Assembly (NCBI GenBank): GCA_012517065.1
Contig: JAAYVR010000026.1
Location: 2,390-66,389 of the forward strand
Source of the DNA: Verrucomicrobiota bacterium
GTDB taxonomy: Bacteria > Verrucomicrobiota > Verrucomicrobiia > Limisphaerales > J093
Reading direction: 5' to 3'
DNA: 64,000 nt
Each line of letters opens with the position of its first letter. The stretch's first letter is position 1. Of the stretch, positions 26,616 to 37,327 are shown piece after piece. The position numbers were made by a program, and so were the translations under genes. The notes beneath the pieces were generated by a model. That model was given only the letters and a program-made list of their open reading frames with translations. It was not told the DNA's origin and ran no database searches.

Positions 26616-27740
26616 ATGGAGCAAGGTCCTATGCCATTGTACCGCCAACAACACTTGCAGGCGATTTCCCAGCAGTTCCAAATTTATGGTCAAATTCTGC
26701 ACGCCGAACCCTGCAAGATCGGCCATATCAACGAGACATACACCGCTACATACGACCAGGGCGGCATTTCCGTCAGGTACATCCACCAGAAAATCAACCG
26801 CGCCGTTTTTCAGAACCCAGCCGCCGTTATGGACAACGTCGTCCGAGTCACCTCCCACTTGCGAAAGAAGCTCGAGACCACAGGGGCACGACAAATCACA
26901 CGCAGAGCGCTCACGGTTGTACCCACTCGCGACGGCAAATCGTACTACTGCGATGGCAACGGCGACTTCTGGCGAACCTACGTTTTCGTCGAGCGTGTCC
27001 AGTCATTCGAAAGCGTCCAGAGCACCGCTCAGGCCTACGAAGCAGGGCGCGCATTTGGCGAATTCCAAGCGTTGCTGGCCGATTTGCCCGGGGAACGGCT
27101 CCACGAAACAATCCCCCATTTCCACGACACCCGCATGCGATTCGCCGCACTGAAAAAAGCGATTCAGGAAGACAGTCACGACCGCGCCCAGTTTGCCAAA
27201 CCGGAAATCGAGTTCGCGCTTGCACAGGAACCATGGATCGGGACCCTCCTCGACGCGCACGCGCGCGGCGATATCCCCGAGCGAATCACCCACAACGACA
27301 CCAAGTTCAATAATGTCATGCTCGATTGGGAAACCGGCAGAGCAGTGTGCGTCGTCGATCTTGATACGGTCATGCCCGGACTGGTTCATTACGATTTCGG
27401 CGACATGGTGCGCACCACGACCAGCCCGACCCTCGAAGACGAGACCGATCTCTCGAAGGTGCAGATGCAGATGCCCATGTTCAAAGAATTGGCCAGGGGA
27501 TACATCGATGCAACACGCAATTTCCTCACCCCGGCCGAGAAACAGTACCTTGCCTTTTCGGGGCGGCTCATAACATTCACAATCGGCATCCGGTTCCTCA
27601 CGGATTATCTCATGGGCGATACCTACTTCCGCGTGCACAGACCACATCACAACCTCGACAGGTGCCGCACCCAGTTCAAACTCGTCCGCTCGATAATGGA
27701 ACAAGAAGAAGCAATGCAAAAATATGTGGACAGCTTGTGA
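26616..27740 (+). CDS. APH/choline-kinase-fold phosphotransferase (sugar 1-kinase-like, NahK-type)
   Basis: GHINETY, catalytic loop HNDTKFNNVMLD, Mg site VVDLDT. The track ORF begins at 26388 inside repeat DNA; ATG at 26616 is preferred. Confidence 0.8.
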   Translation: MEQGPMPLYRQQHLQAISQQFQIYGQILHAEPCKIGHINETYTATYDQGGISVRYIHQKINRAVFQNPAAVMDNVVRVTSHLRKKLETTGARQITRRALTVVPTRDGKSYYCDGNGDFWRTYVFVERVQSFESVQSTAQAYEAGRAFGEFQALLADLPGERLHETIPHFHDTRMRFAALKKAIQEDSHDRAQFAKPEIEFALAQEPWIGTLLDAHARGDIPERITHNDTKFNNVMLDWETGRAVCVVDLDTVMPGLVHYDFGDMVRTTTSPTLEDETDLSKVQMQMPMFKELARGYIDATRNFLTPAEKQYLAFSGRLITFTIGIRFLTDYLMGDTYFRVHRPHHNLDRCRTQFKLVRSIMEQEEAMQKYVDSL

Positions 27741-27800
27741 GCCCGGCCAATAGCCGGCGTCTTCGATCGGATTCTGTTAACCCAAAACCCATCACACAAC

Positions 27801-29270
27801 ATGACAACACGATACCTTGCTTGCGACCTTGGCGCCGAAAGCGGCCGCCTGATCCTCGGCACAATCGAGAACGGAAAACTCCAGCTCGAAGAACTACACC
27901 GTTTCCCAAACGGCCCGGTCCAGTCCGGGAATTCGCTTCATTGGGACATCCCGAAGCTGTTCGACCAAGTGCGCGACGGACTGCGCGTCGCCTCGAAGCG
28001 CCAGGTGAAAATCGCAAGCATCAGCACTGATTCATGGGGCGTGGACTATCTCCTGTACGACGAACAAGGGAAGCTGATCGACCCGACCTTCCATTACAGG
28101 GATTCGCGGTGCCCCGTGGGCGTCAAAAACGCTTTTGCCAAAATCCCATGGGAAGAGATATTCGCAGAAACAGGCCTCCAGTTCCTCCAGTTCAACACAA
28201 TTTTTCAGCTCGCCGCAGAAACGCCAGAACGGCTCGCCCGGGCACGATTGATTCTCGGGATTGGAGACGGTTTCAACCATTGGCTCAGCGGCGTGGCGCG
28301 ATTCGAGGAATCTCTGGCCAGCACAACCCAGCTCTACAACCCCCGCACACGCGACTGGTCCCCAAAACTGCTGTCGGCTCTCGGCCTGCCGCCGTCCATT
28401 TTCCCAAAGATTGTGCCCTCAGGAACACGCCTCGGACCATTGCGTGCTGATCTGGCAAAAGAAACCGGGCTGGATGACGTCGAAGTTGTTGCCAGTTGTT
28501 CGCATGACACCGGAGCAGCCGTCGCAGCAGTTCCTGCTGAAGGCCAGGACTGGGCATATCTGAGCTCTGGTACATGGTCGCTCATGGGTGTGGAACTGGC
28601 GTCGCCGATTATCAACGACGCCTGTTTGTCTTTGAACTTCACGAACGAAATCGGGTTTGCCGGCTCGGTAAGGTTCCTCAAGAACATCATTGGCCTCTGG
28701 CTCGTTCAGGAGTGCAGGCGCGAATGGGCGCGCCAGGGCACAGAATACGATTATTCCACGCTGACCAATCTTGCGGCGAAAGCCGAGCCGTTCGTGTCGC
28801 TGATCAACCCGGCTGATCCGCGGTTTATAAGCCCGGGCGATATGCCGGGCAAAATTGCTGCTTTCTGCCGTGAACACGGTCAGCCTGTCCCCTCAACTCC
28901 CGGCGCCTATGTCAGATGCGCTCTCGAAAGTCTCGCCTTGCTCTACAAGCGGACTCTCATGCAAATCGAGAAGCTCATCGGCAGGCAAATCAGCCGGCTC
29001 CACATCGTCGGAGGCGGCAGTAAGAACGCTCTTCTCAATCAGTTTGCCGCCAACGCACTGCAAATCCCGGTTTACACCGGTCCGGTGGAAGCAACCGCCG
29101 CCGGCAATATTCTGGTGCAGGCGATTGGCCTGGGCGAACTCGATTCTCTGGCCCGTGCGCGCGCGGTGGTGCGCGCTTCATTCGAAATGGGCGTGGTCCA
29201 GCCGGCCGACAAACCCGCGTGGGAAACAGCGTACCGGCGCTTTGAAGATTTGCTGGCCACATCGCAATAG
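27801..29270 (+). CDS. rhaB: rhamnulokinase (FGGY carbohydrate kinase family)
   Basis: 489 aa. N-terminus YLACDLGAESGRLILG...LHRFPNGPV...HWDI parallels E. coli RhaB. Confidence 0.8.
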   Translation: MTTRYLACDLGAESGRLILGTIENGKLQLEELHRFPNGPVQSGNSLHWDIPKLFDQVRDGLRVASKRQVKIASISTDSWGVDYLLYDEQGKLIDPTFHYRDSRCPVGVKNAFAKIPWEEIFAETGLQFLQFNTIFQLAAETPERLARARLILGIGDGFNHWLSGVARFEESLASTTQLYNPRTRDWSPKLLSALGLPPSIFPKIVPSGTRLGPLRADLAKETGLDDVEVVASCSHDTGAAVAAVPAEGQDWAYLSSGTWSLMGVELASPIINDACLSLNFTNEIGFAGSVRFLKNIIGLWLVQECRREWARQGTEYDYSTLTNLAAKAEPFVSLINPADPRFISPGDMPGKIAAFCREHGQPVPSTPGAYVRCALESLALLYKRTLMQIEKLIGRQISRLHIVGGGSKNALLNQFAANALQIPVYTGPVEATAAGNILVQAIGLGELDSLARARAVVRASFEMGVVQPADKPAWETAYRRFEDLLATSQ

Positions 29271-29317
29271 CGGGTGTCATCTTTGGCACTGGCGATCCAA
29301 CGTATCAGCTTTACGGC

Positions 29318-30355
29318 ATGTCACTGTCCAGTTTCGGAGAGCACCGGCCGCAGATAGCATTGCTCCAGTCCAGCCTCGACGCAGGACGGTTGGGGCACGC
29401 TTATCTTTTCAGCGGCGATAGCGTGTCCGCCCTTGAAGCGGTCGCGCGCACACTTGCGAAAGTGGTCAACTGTCAAAGCCCGCCAACAGTCGGTCGGGCA
29501 GGTCTGCCGCTTGACTGCTGCGACGCCTGCTCATCGTGCAAGCGGATCGACGCCCATGAACATCCCGATGTCCACGAACTGCGCCCGGAATCAAAGCTCA
29601 GACAGATCAGAATAGAACAAATCCGAGAGCTCATCCGCGCCGTTCATCTCAAATCACACGAGGGACGGTTCAAGGTCGCCATCGTTTCGTGGGCGGATCG
29701 ACTCAACGATCAAGCCTCGAACGCTTTTCTCAAGACACTCGAAGAACCGCCCCCAACGTCGCTGCTCCTCCTGCTGACCACGGAACCATCCGCGCTCCTC
29801 GATACCATCCGGTCCAGATGCCTGCACCTCGCCTTCGGCGAAGGCCACGCCGCACCGCATGACCCCGCGGTCCTGGCATGGCTCACCAGTTTTGTTGACA
29901 CTGCCGCACAAGCAAAAGCTCAACCGCTGGCTCGGTACCGGCTCTTGAGCCTGCTGCTAAGTGAGCTCGCCAACCGCAGAAAAGCCATCGAGAAACAGCT
30001 CTCGGCAGATTCGCCGTTGCAGAAGTACGCCGATATAGAACCTGAAACAGAAGAGAAATTCGAAAGCGAGTTGAACGCCTCGATCGAGGCCGAATACCGC
30101 CAGCAACGCGGCGAAGTGCTGGGTGCTTTGCTTTGGTGGCTTCGCGATGTCTGGCTGCTGACCTCGGGCACAGGCGGTTCAGCTCTGGGATTCCCCGCCC
30201 TCGAAGAACAGTCCGCCGCAATTGCCCGGCGGATTTCTCCAAAGCAAGCCCTCGATAATCTGCGAATCGTCGAACAAACGCATCTGATGCTTGCGCGCTC
30301 GAATGTGCAGGAAACGCTTGCGCTGGAAACCAGCCTGTTGAAGCTTGATCTCTGA
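29318..30355 (+). CDS. holB: DNA polymerase III delta' subunit
   Basis: 345 aa. LGHAYLFSGDS, Zn module CDACSSCKRI, and the clamp-loader sensor block SNAFLKTLEEPP. Confidence 0.85.
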   Translation: MSLSSFGEHRPQIALLQSSLDAGRLGHAYLFSGDSVSALEAVARTLAKVVNCQSPPTVGRAGLPLDCCDACSSCKRIDAHEHPDVHELRPESKLRQIRIEQIRELIRAVHLKSHEGRFKVAIVSWADRLNDQASNAFLKTLEEPPPTSLLLLLTTEPSALLDTIRSRCLHLAFGEGHAAPHDPAVLAWLTSFVDTAAQAKAQPLARYRLLSLLLSELANRRKAIEKQLSADSPLQKYADIEPETEEKFESELNASIEAEYRQQRGEVLGALLWWLRDVWLLTSGTGGSALGFPALEEQSAAIARRISPKQALDNLRIVEQTHLMLARSNVQETLALETSLLKLDL

Positions 30356-30397
30356 TCGCCGCACACGGGTTACCTTGTCAGAACACTTTCAGGTTGA

Positions 30398-31780
30398 ATG
30401 CCAAGTCAGCGCCCCATGAAACAGTCCGGGAAAAACCGCACTGCCGGCGCATTCGCCCTGTGTGCAGGATTGTTTCTTGCCATTGCGCTGCTCAAGTTCG
30501 GGAATCCCGCAATCCTTGAACATGCGGTGCAGATTGCACAGACAGGGGCGCAGTCGTCGCCATCCAACGCTGGCCTCGCAGAAATCCTTATGGGCCGAAC
30601 TGGCAGGGGACCGGCCGACATCTATGAGTTGTTGTTTCAGGCATGGCCGCTTCACTGGGGGTACTGGATGCTCGGAGCGCTGGCCTGCCTCGGAGTTTGC
30701 GCAGCTCGTTGGCGATTGCCGAAACCAACATGGCTGGCCGCAACGCCATTGCTTTGGTTGATCTGGCTGTTCGTGAGCGCTGTCGATACGATCGATCCGG
30801 TATTAACCCGGCTCACCATGGTTCATTTGACCACGGTGGTCTTGTGCTACTGCCTTGGCCTTTTTGCACTGTCCAAGGTGGAATCAATCAGGCTGTTCTG
30901 GACGCCGATTTTGCTCGGTTTTCTGCTAATGATCTACATTGGGTTTGAACAGCATTTCGGCGGCCTCGAAGCAACCAGAAGGTTCATTTATTCACAGCCG
31001 GGCTGGGAAAACCTCTCCCCGGAGTATTTGAAACGCCTCGCGAGCAATAGAATCTTCGCCACAATGATCTACCCGAACGCGCTTGCCGGGGCACTCCTTT
31101 TGCTTCTGCCCGCAATGACCGTCGCAGCATGGCAAATCGGCCATTTCCTCACCAAACCAACACGCCTGGTTCTTGCAGGGCTTGTATTGATCGTTGGTTT
31201 GGCTTGTCTTTTTTGGTCCGGTTCCAAAGCTGGCTGGCTGTTTGCACTTGTCCAAGGGGTGGTGTTGTTGCTTGGCACGCGCTTGCAAAAGCGCTGGAAG
31301 ATCATGGTTGTGGTTGCCGTGATACTTGCGGGGCTGACTGTATTCGCTTTCAGGTTCTCCGAGTACTTCCAAAGAGGCGCCCCCAGCGCCAGCGCAAGAA
31401 TCGAATACTGGCGGGTGGCTGTGCGCGTTTTCCTCGATAACCCGGTCACTGGCACCGGGCCTGGCACGTTCAAGACGAACTATCAAAGGCTGAAACCACG
31501 CGAAGCTGAAATGGCGCGATTGACCCATAACGACTACTTGCAGCAAGCTTGTGATTCTGGGTTGCCGGGTGCGATAGCATACGCTGTTTTCATCTGGGGC
31601 ACATTGTACCAGTGCAGACGGGTGTCTTTGAGCGACAAAATGTCCCATGCCGTGTGGCTAGGGTTGATGGGATGGTCGCTCCAAGGGTTGACCGAGTTTG
31701 GTCTTTATGTGCCGGCGTCGAGTTGGACGGCCTTTTTTCTGTTTGGATGGTTGGTTGGCAAATCTGAATCGACAGAATAG
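30398..31780 (+). CDS. O-antigen ligase/polymerase family membrane protein (Wzy_C domain)
   Basis: 460 aa, about 10-12 TM. WSGSKAGWL and HNDYLQQACDSGLPG motifs. Confidence 0.8.
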   Translation: MPSQRPMKQSGKNRTAGAFALCAGLFLAIALLKFGNPAILEHAVQIAQTGAQSSPSNAGLAEILMGRTGRGPADIYELLFQAWPLHWGYWMLGALACLGVCAARWRLPKPTWLAATPLLWLIWLFVSAVDTIDPVLTRLTMVHLTTVVLCYCLGLFALSKVESIRLFWTPILLGFLLMIYIGFEQHFGGLEATRRFIYSQPGWENLSPEYLKRLASNRIFATMIYPNALAGALLLLLPAMTVAAWQIGHFLTKPTRLVLAGLVLIVGLACLFWSGSKAGWLFALVQGVVLLLGTRLQKRWKIMVVVAVILAGLTVFAFRFSEYFQRGAPSASARIEYWRVAVRVFLDNPVTGTGPGTFKTNYQRLKPREAEMARLTHNDYLQQACDSGLPGAIAYAVFIWGTLYQCRRVSLSDKMSHAVWLGLMGWSLQGLTEFGLYVPASSWTAFFLFGWLVGKSESTE

Positions 31781-31899
31781 GCGATTCGGGTAGTATTAGG
31801 TGCGTCTGAGAGATCAACGCGTGGGACAGTGACGGTTTTCAAGTGTGGGACTCGGGACATCGCTTTCAGCATGAGTGGCGCAGTCGCAAGCAAACGTTT

Positions 31900-32349
31900 A
31901 TGAAGATACTGTTCCTGAACGGACCGAATTTGAACCTGTTGGGGTCGCGTGAACCGGAGGTGTACGGTCGGCTCAGCTTGGCCGAGATAGAAGCCGAGGT
32001 GCGGAAGCGCGCTGCTGAACGCGGGGTGGAAGTGGAATTTGCGCAGTCGAATTCCGAGGGCGTCTTGGTGGATTTGATTCAGCAGGCGCGTGGCAGGTTC
32101 GACGTAATTGTTTTCAATCCAGCGGGTTACACGCATACCAGCGTTGCTTTACGGGACGCGATTGCGGCCTGCGGGATACCGGCCATTGAAATCCATCTGT
32201 CCAACATTCACGCGCGGGAACCGTTCAGGCGGGAATCACTGATTGCGCCTGTCTGTTGCGGGCAGGTGCTTGGTTTTGGGGCGGGGAGCTATGTGTTGGG
32301 GCTCGAAGCTGCGATCATGGTTGCCGGGCACAACAGAGCCGGGAATTGA
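31900..32349 (+). CDS. aroQ: type II 3-dehydroquinate dehydratase
   Basis: [23 protein letters not shown] and [12 protein letters not shown]. Start moved to the internal ATG. Confidence 0.9.
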   Translation: MKILFLNGPNLNLLGSREPEVYGRLSLAEIEAEVRKRAAERGVEVEFAQSNSEGVLVDLIQQARGRFDVIVFNPAGYTHTSVALRDAIAACGIPAIEIHLSNIHAREPFRRESLIAPVCCGQVLGFGAGSYVLGLEAAIMVAGHNRAGN

Positions 32350-32538
32350 ATTGCCGACGCAGAAGGCGGACTGACCGATTTCGTCCGAGAACGGAATGTT
32401 TGCTTGACGGGGGCCCGGGGTTTGCCTAGCTTCTTCGCCGATTCATACAGTTAGGGTTTGGAGCAGGGTCGGTTTTCGGCCTCTGCTCTTTTGCTTAATG
32501 AACGTGAATACTAGCAAGTCTAGGCCAAACCAACCAAC

Positions 32539-33024
32539 GTGGAGGCTGCTGTGGACCTCAAAGACATCAAGGCGATCATCGACCTGATGCGGAAGAACTC
32601 GATTTGTGAGTTCGAGCTCGAGAAAGAGGGGTTCAAAATCCGGCTGAAACGGGGTCCAAACGGCTCGAACGCAGGCGCTCAAGCCGATGAACAGGTCGGC
32701 GCAAACGCTGGCATCGGCCAGTTCCCGCCTTCTCAGCCCGTGCAACCGATGGTTCAACCGCCAAGGCCATCGCAACCGCCGGAAATTGAAATCAAATCAC
32801 CAATGATCGGCACTTTTTACCGTGCGCCTTCACCCGAAGCTGAGCCCTATGTTGATGTGGGCAGCGAAGTGAACCCTGACACGGTGGTTTGCATAATCGA
32901 AGCAATGAAGGTCATGAACGAGATCAGGGCCGAAGTCCATGGAGTTGTCACTCAGGTTCTGGTTGAAAATGGAAAACCGGTCGAGTTCGGCCAGCCGCTT
33001 TTCAAGATTCGACCGACAGAGTAA
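32539..33024 (+). CDS. accB: acetyl-CoA carboxylase biotin carboxyl carrier protein
   Basis: Pro/Gln-rich linker and biotinylation motif EAMKVMNEI. GTG start. Confidence 0.9.
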   Translation: MEAAVDLKDIKAIIDLMRKNSICEFELEKEGFKIRLKRGPNGSNAGAQADEQVGANAGIGQFPPSQPVQPMVQPPRPSQPPEIEIKSPMIGTFYRAPSPEAEPYVDVGSEVNPDTVVCIIEAMKVMNEIRAEVHGVVTQVLVENGKPVEFGQPLFKIRPTE

Positions 33025-33092
33025 GGTGTCACGGTTGCTTCTGAAACATGCCATGGACTTTCCGAAACGCCCCGTCCACCTCTGACACCCTG

Positions 33093-34454
33093 ATGTTCGA
33101 GAAGATTCTGATTGCGAACCGCGGCGAGATAGCAGTGCGGATAATCCGCACCTGCAAAGAGATGGGTATAAAGACCGTCGCGGTCTATTCCGAAGCCGAT
33201 GCCGACTCGATGCACGTCCAGATGGCTGACGAAGCAATATGCATCGGCCCGCCGCCCAGCAGCGAAAGTTATCTCCGAATTGACCGCTTGATAAGCGCCG
33301 CTGAAATCGCCGATGTCGATGCCATACATCCAGGGTACGGATTCTTGTCCGAGAACAGCCATTTCTCCGAAATATGCGAGAAGTGCAACATCAGGTTCAT
33401 CGGGCCAAGTTCACGCGCCATGGAAGCGCTTCGCGACAAGGCCGTAAGCCGCGCCCTTGCCAGAAAAGCCGGCGTGCCGGTCCCCCCGGGCTCTGAAGGC
33501 ACGGTGGAATCCGAAGAGGAAGCCTTGAGCGTGGCAAGGAAGATCGGGTATCCGGTATTGATCAAAGCCGTGGCTGGCGGCGGCGGCCGGGGCATGAGGA
33601 TTGCCCACAACGACATTTCGCTCAAGAAATGCTATCACACCGCCCGCACAGAGGCCGAAACGTGTTTTGGCAACTCCGGAGTCTATATCGAGCGGTACTT
33701 CGAAAACCCTCACCACATCGAGTTCCAAATCATTGCTGACACGCGCGGCAATGTCATCCATTTGGGCGAGCGCGATTGCTCGATCCAACGGCGCCATCAA
33801 AAGTTGATCGAAGAAACCCCTTCACCGCTTATCGAGAACAAATACAAGGACTTGCGCAAGAAAATGGGGCGCGCTGCCATCAAAATCATCGAGCTCGCCC
33901 AGTACAACAGCGCCGGTACTGTCGAGTTCATCGTGGACGACAACGGCAATTTCTACTTCCTCGAAGTTAACAAGCGCATCCAGGTCGAGCACCCAATCAC
34001 CGAGGAAGTCACCGGAATAGACATTATCAAGCAGCAAATCCTGATTGCGATGGGCGAGCCGCTCAAGATTTCCCAAGGAGATGTCCATCCGCGCGGCCAT
34101 GCAATCGAGTGCAGAATCAACGCCGAAGACCCGTACGACGATTTCAGACCGTCGCCGGGCCGTATTGAAATGTACTATCAGCCCGGCGGCCGGGGCGTGC
34201 GTGTGGACAGCCACGTCTATAGTGGTTACAGCATCCCCGCCACGTACGATTCCCTAATCTGCAAATTGATCACCTACGGGCGCGACCGACGCGAAGCCCT
34301 CGACCGCATGAGCCGCGCTTTGGGTGAGTATCTGATCGCCGGTATCAAGACTACCGTCCAATTCGAACAAAGCATCCTGCAAGACCCAGATTTCCGCCGC
34401 GGTGTCTATTCGACCGGTTTCGTTGATCAGCTCCTCCGCCGCGGGTCGCAGTGA
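33093..34454 (+). CDS. accC: acetyl-CoA carboxylase biotin carboxylase subunit
   Basis: [26 protein letters not shown] and ATP-grasp blocks. Start moved to the internal ATG. Confidence 0.95.
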   Translation: MFEKILIANRGEIAVRIIRTCKEMGIKTVAVYSEADADSMHVQMADEAICIGPPPSSESYLRIDRLISAAEIADVDAIHPGYGFLSENSHFSEICEKCNIRFIGPSSRAMEALRDKAVSRALARKAGVPVPPGSEGTVESEEEALSVARKIGYPVLIKAVAGGGGRGMRIAHNDISLKKCYHTARTEAETCFGNSGVYIERYFENPHHIEFQIIADTRGNVIHLGERDCSIQRRHQKLIEETPSPLIENKYKDLRKKMGRAAIKIIELAQYNSAGTVEFIVDDNGNFYFLEVNKRIQVEHPITEEVTGIDIIKQQILIAMGEPLKISQGDVHPRGHAIECRINAEDPYDDFRPSPGRIEMYYQPGGRGVRVDSHVYSGYSIPATYDSLICKLITYGRDRREALDRMSRALGEYLIAGIKTTVQFEQSILQDPDFRRGVYSTGFVDQLLRRGSQ

Positions 34455-34469
34455 GACCGCACATGCGCC

Positions 34470-35052
34470 GCACTTGCCTGCGCGGCCTAACCCGGAAATC
34501 TCGCAGCCCGGCGTAGCCGGAACCAAAGTGGCCCCACGGGCACCGCACGGCTCCTGCACCCCTTCGGACCGTCACCCGCGCCGGGCTGCGAAATATCTGC
34601 TGCGACTCCGCCGCTGGGAAAAGCGCGCTGATACCAATGGTTCTTCACGCGCTGCCGCGGATGCAGTGGGCGTTGGTAGGCGCGAAGCGCTTGGAGTGCG
34701 GCAGCTTGCTGCCGCTTTGTTTTTATGCGCAAACAACGTGCCTGTCCCCATATCGGTACCCGAGGGGTTCCTCCACGGACTTCGGCAAGCGCGGATTCGA
34801 ACAAGAGGCAATTTGCGGGCCAGGCCGGAATCAGAGTGCAAAACCCAAACAACGAGCCTGTCACTTTATCCGACTCACCCATAAAGGCCGTACCGTTGTG
34901 ACCGCCTTACTGGCTGCAAGAGAAGCAGATACGGAGAAACTGACCAAGCTGGCAGGTTGAGAATCTTCGCAAATATGAATGATTTTTAAATATAACAATA
35001 CAGCCTGACCACACCAAGAAACCCAAAGCCTCATTCCCTCGAGATTCCCGGG
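34470..35052 (+). repeat. composite repeat, modules A-B-C-D followed by a half E element
   Basis: A 34470-34625, B to 34728, C 34729-34755, D to 35000, E half (inverted) 35001-35052. Fills the whole accC / C_GCAxxG intergenic space. Confidence 0.9.
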
Positions 35053-35591
35053 GCCGGCGGCGGAGATGCGGATATCAAAACTTCGGCTGCCATTCGTGCC
35101 GCTTCGCGGGTGAACACGACACACTTTGCGCGAAGGTTGTTTTCAACGAAATATCGGTGGCCTTCCGGAGTGTCCAGCCTGCATCCGATGAGATCGCGAC
35201 AAAGCACTGTGCCGAAACGCGCCTCGAATTGGCGGATTACTTGCTGGATGAGTTTGCAGTTTTCGTCGCGTGGGTCGGTCGGACGGTTCCGGCCGGTGAA
35301 AAGGCTGAGCGCCATCACTGCGCCAGCAAGCGCGCCGCACACGTTCCCCGTACGCGCGATGCCACCGCAAAAGCCCGTGGCAATTCTGGGGATCAGGTCG
35401 GATTGGACCCCGCGGCTTTGCGCGACGGCCTGCAACACGCTTTCGGAACAACAAAAGCCCTTGTCGAAAAGCTCGGCAGCGCTTTCGGCGATATCATTAG
35501 ATTTGAGGTTCATGATGCAATCGTTGATCGGTTTCTTTCCATTGTGCGTGGCTTTCGACGTGGTTGGTAGGACAAACATTTGGTCGGTCAA
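35031..35591 (-). CDS. C_GCAxxG_C_C family protein
   Basis: GFCCSESVLQAV and CGGIARTGNVCGALAGAVMAL motifs. First codon is TTG (overlaps the ClC stop); an alternative ATG is at 35513. The last 6 codons and the stop lie in repeat E. Confidence 0.8.
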   Translation of the reverse strand: MTDQMFVLPTTSKATHNGKKPINDCIMNLKSNDIAESAAELFDKGFCCSESVLQAVAQSRGVQSDLIPRIATGFCGGIARTGNVCGALAGAVMALSLFTGRNRPTDPRDENCKLIQQVIRQFEARFGTVLCRDLIGCRLDTPEGHRYFVENNLRAKCVVFTREAARMAAEVLISASPPPAPGISRE

Positions 35592-37327
35592 ATAGCATGC
35601 GCACTCACGTCGCCGCCCAACGCCATCTCCGCCCGCAGTAAATCGTGAAGCGTCACCACGCCAGACACACCGTCGCCATCGGTTTCGCGGACCACCACAA
35701 GGCCCGTCGGCGATTCCAGCAATAGCTGCTGGAGTTCGCGCACGCTGGCATCGGGTGAGCAGATCACCGCCGGCACAAGGCGCGGTTGACGGTTTTCGGC
35801 CAGTGCCGCCAATGCCTCGGCACGCGTCAGCACGCCTTCGAGCCGGCCATTGGTCCAGACCGGAAAGCGCTCGTAAGGATGGTCGCGCAGCAGCTTTTGC
35901 ATGGCTTTTGGTTCGAGAGTCTGTGCCAATACCGGCGTTCGCGTGGCAAGCGCCGACACGGGTTGCTGCTGCCAGCCCGCAAGGTCGCGCGGTGGGATCA
36001 GGTGCTCGATGCGATGGCCGTCCTGCGTCAGGATGGCGTCGTAGAAATTGTGCCGTAGGAGCCGTCGGCTCAGTGCCTGGCTGACCAGCGCCCCAAGCAT
36101 CAACGCGGGCACGAGAGCAAACTCATGTGTCATTTCGAACACGATGAGGATGCCTGTGATCGGCGCACGCACAACCGCGCCCAGACACGCGCTCATGCCC
36201 ACCACCGCCAGGACCACATGGTCAGCCGCACTCACATGGCCCAACAACCCGGCCAGCCCGCCCAAAAACAGTCCGCACATCCCGCCGAAAAACAGTGTTG
36301 GCGAGAAAATGCCGCCGCAGCCGCCGAACCCATAACAGGCGATGGTCGCCACAAGCTTCGCTGCCAGCAATACGCCTGCGATTTTCCATGGCAATTGGTT
36401 AGCCAGCCCGGCCGACAAATCGTCGTAGCCAAGACTGAACACACCCAGATGCCCGGTCTTCATAAAAACCGTCACGCCCAGCGCCCACGTTACCAACGCC
36501 CCCAATGCCGGGCGCAGCCATAACGGCAAGCCCACCAGCGCGCGGTGCTGGCGTTGGTCGCGCAGCGCCAGCGTGGCTTTCTGAAACAGCACACCAATCA
36601 TCGCCGACACCGCCGCTACAACCGGCACGAGCAAATACACCGTCCATCCCGACGGCTCGACTGCGCCCAGTCTGAACGACGGCTGTTTGCCAATAACACC
36701 CTGCACCACGAACGCACCAAGCAACGACGCCAGCAATACACTGCCCAAAATCCGGCTGTTTAGGTCCTGGACAATTTCCTCCAAAACAAACGTCACCGCC
36801 GCCAACGGCGTGTTGAACGCCGCCGCCAACCCCGCCGCCGCGCCCGCTGCCGACGCCAGCCGACGATTCTGTTTCGGCTCTCCCAACAGCCCGGCAAGAT
36901 TCGACCCGACCGCACCGGCCAGTTGCACGCTTGGCCCTTCGCGGCCAAGGCTCGATCCGCCGCCAACGCTCAAAATGCCAGCAACGAACTTCACCCACGC
37001 CACCCGCCACGGCACATAACCGAAATCCTTCCAAAACGCTGCCTTGAGTTGTGGGATGCCACTGCCTCGGGCCTCACAGCAAAACGAATTCAACAACCAA
37101 CCGACAACAAGCGCGCTGCCCACAATGACCGCAAGGCTGCCGAGCAGGAACGTCGTTCGCGGTTGTGCCGACAACGGCACGAATGTGCCACGATACAGCC
37201 GGTTGATCCCGACCTGGAATGCAACCGTCGCCACGCCCGCGCCCAAGCCGAAGACACACGTCTGAACCACCACGCGTCCGCGCGGCGGAATGCGTTGCAA
37301 GAGCGAATGCAAAAAAGGCAGCTTCAC
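35588..37327 (-). CDS. ClC-family chloride channel/antiporter with C-terminal CBS pair
   Basis: Selectivity motifs GSGIPQ, GREGPSVQ and GIFSPT. GTG at 37327 (MKLPFLHSLLQR) overlaps the upstream stop (GTGA); the track ORF extends to 37444. Confidence 0.9.
   Translation of the reverse strand: MKLPFLHSLLQRIPPRGRVVVQTCVFGLGAGVATVAFQVGINRLYRGTFVPLSAQPRTTFLLGSLAVIVGSALVVGWLLNSFCCEARGSGIPQLKAAFWKDFGYVPWRVAWVKFVAGILSVGGGSSLGREGPSVQLAGAVGSNLAGLLGEPKQNRRLASAAGAAAGLAAAFNTPLAAVTFVLEEIVQDLNSRILGSVLLASLLGAFVVQGVIGKQPSFRLGAVEPSGWTVYLLVPVVAAVSAMIGVLFQKATLALRDQRQHRALVGLPLWLRPALGALVTWALGVTVFMKTGHLGVFSLGYDDLSAGLANQLPWKIAGVLLAAKLVATIACYGFGGCGGIFSPTLFFGGMCGLFLGGLAGLLGHVSAADHVVLAVVGMSACLGAVVRAPITGILIVFEMTHEFALVPALMLGALVSQALSRRLLRHNFYDAILTQDGHRIEHLIPPRDLAGWQQQPVSALATRTPVLAQTLEPKAMQKLLRDHPYERFPVWTNGRLEGVLTRAEALAALAENRQPRLVPAVICSPDASVRELQQLLLESPTGLVVVRETDGDGVSGVVTLHDLLRAEMALGGDVSAHAI

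Noticed and set aside
34780-34800. tRNA T-arm-like string ggattcgaac (similar strings at about 19076 and 42590)
   Set aside because: No acceptor or anticodon arms can be folded around them. The first lies in repeat module D (its paralogue at 26195 reads gattggaac) and the last lies inside the SDR CDS.
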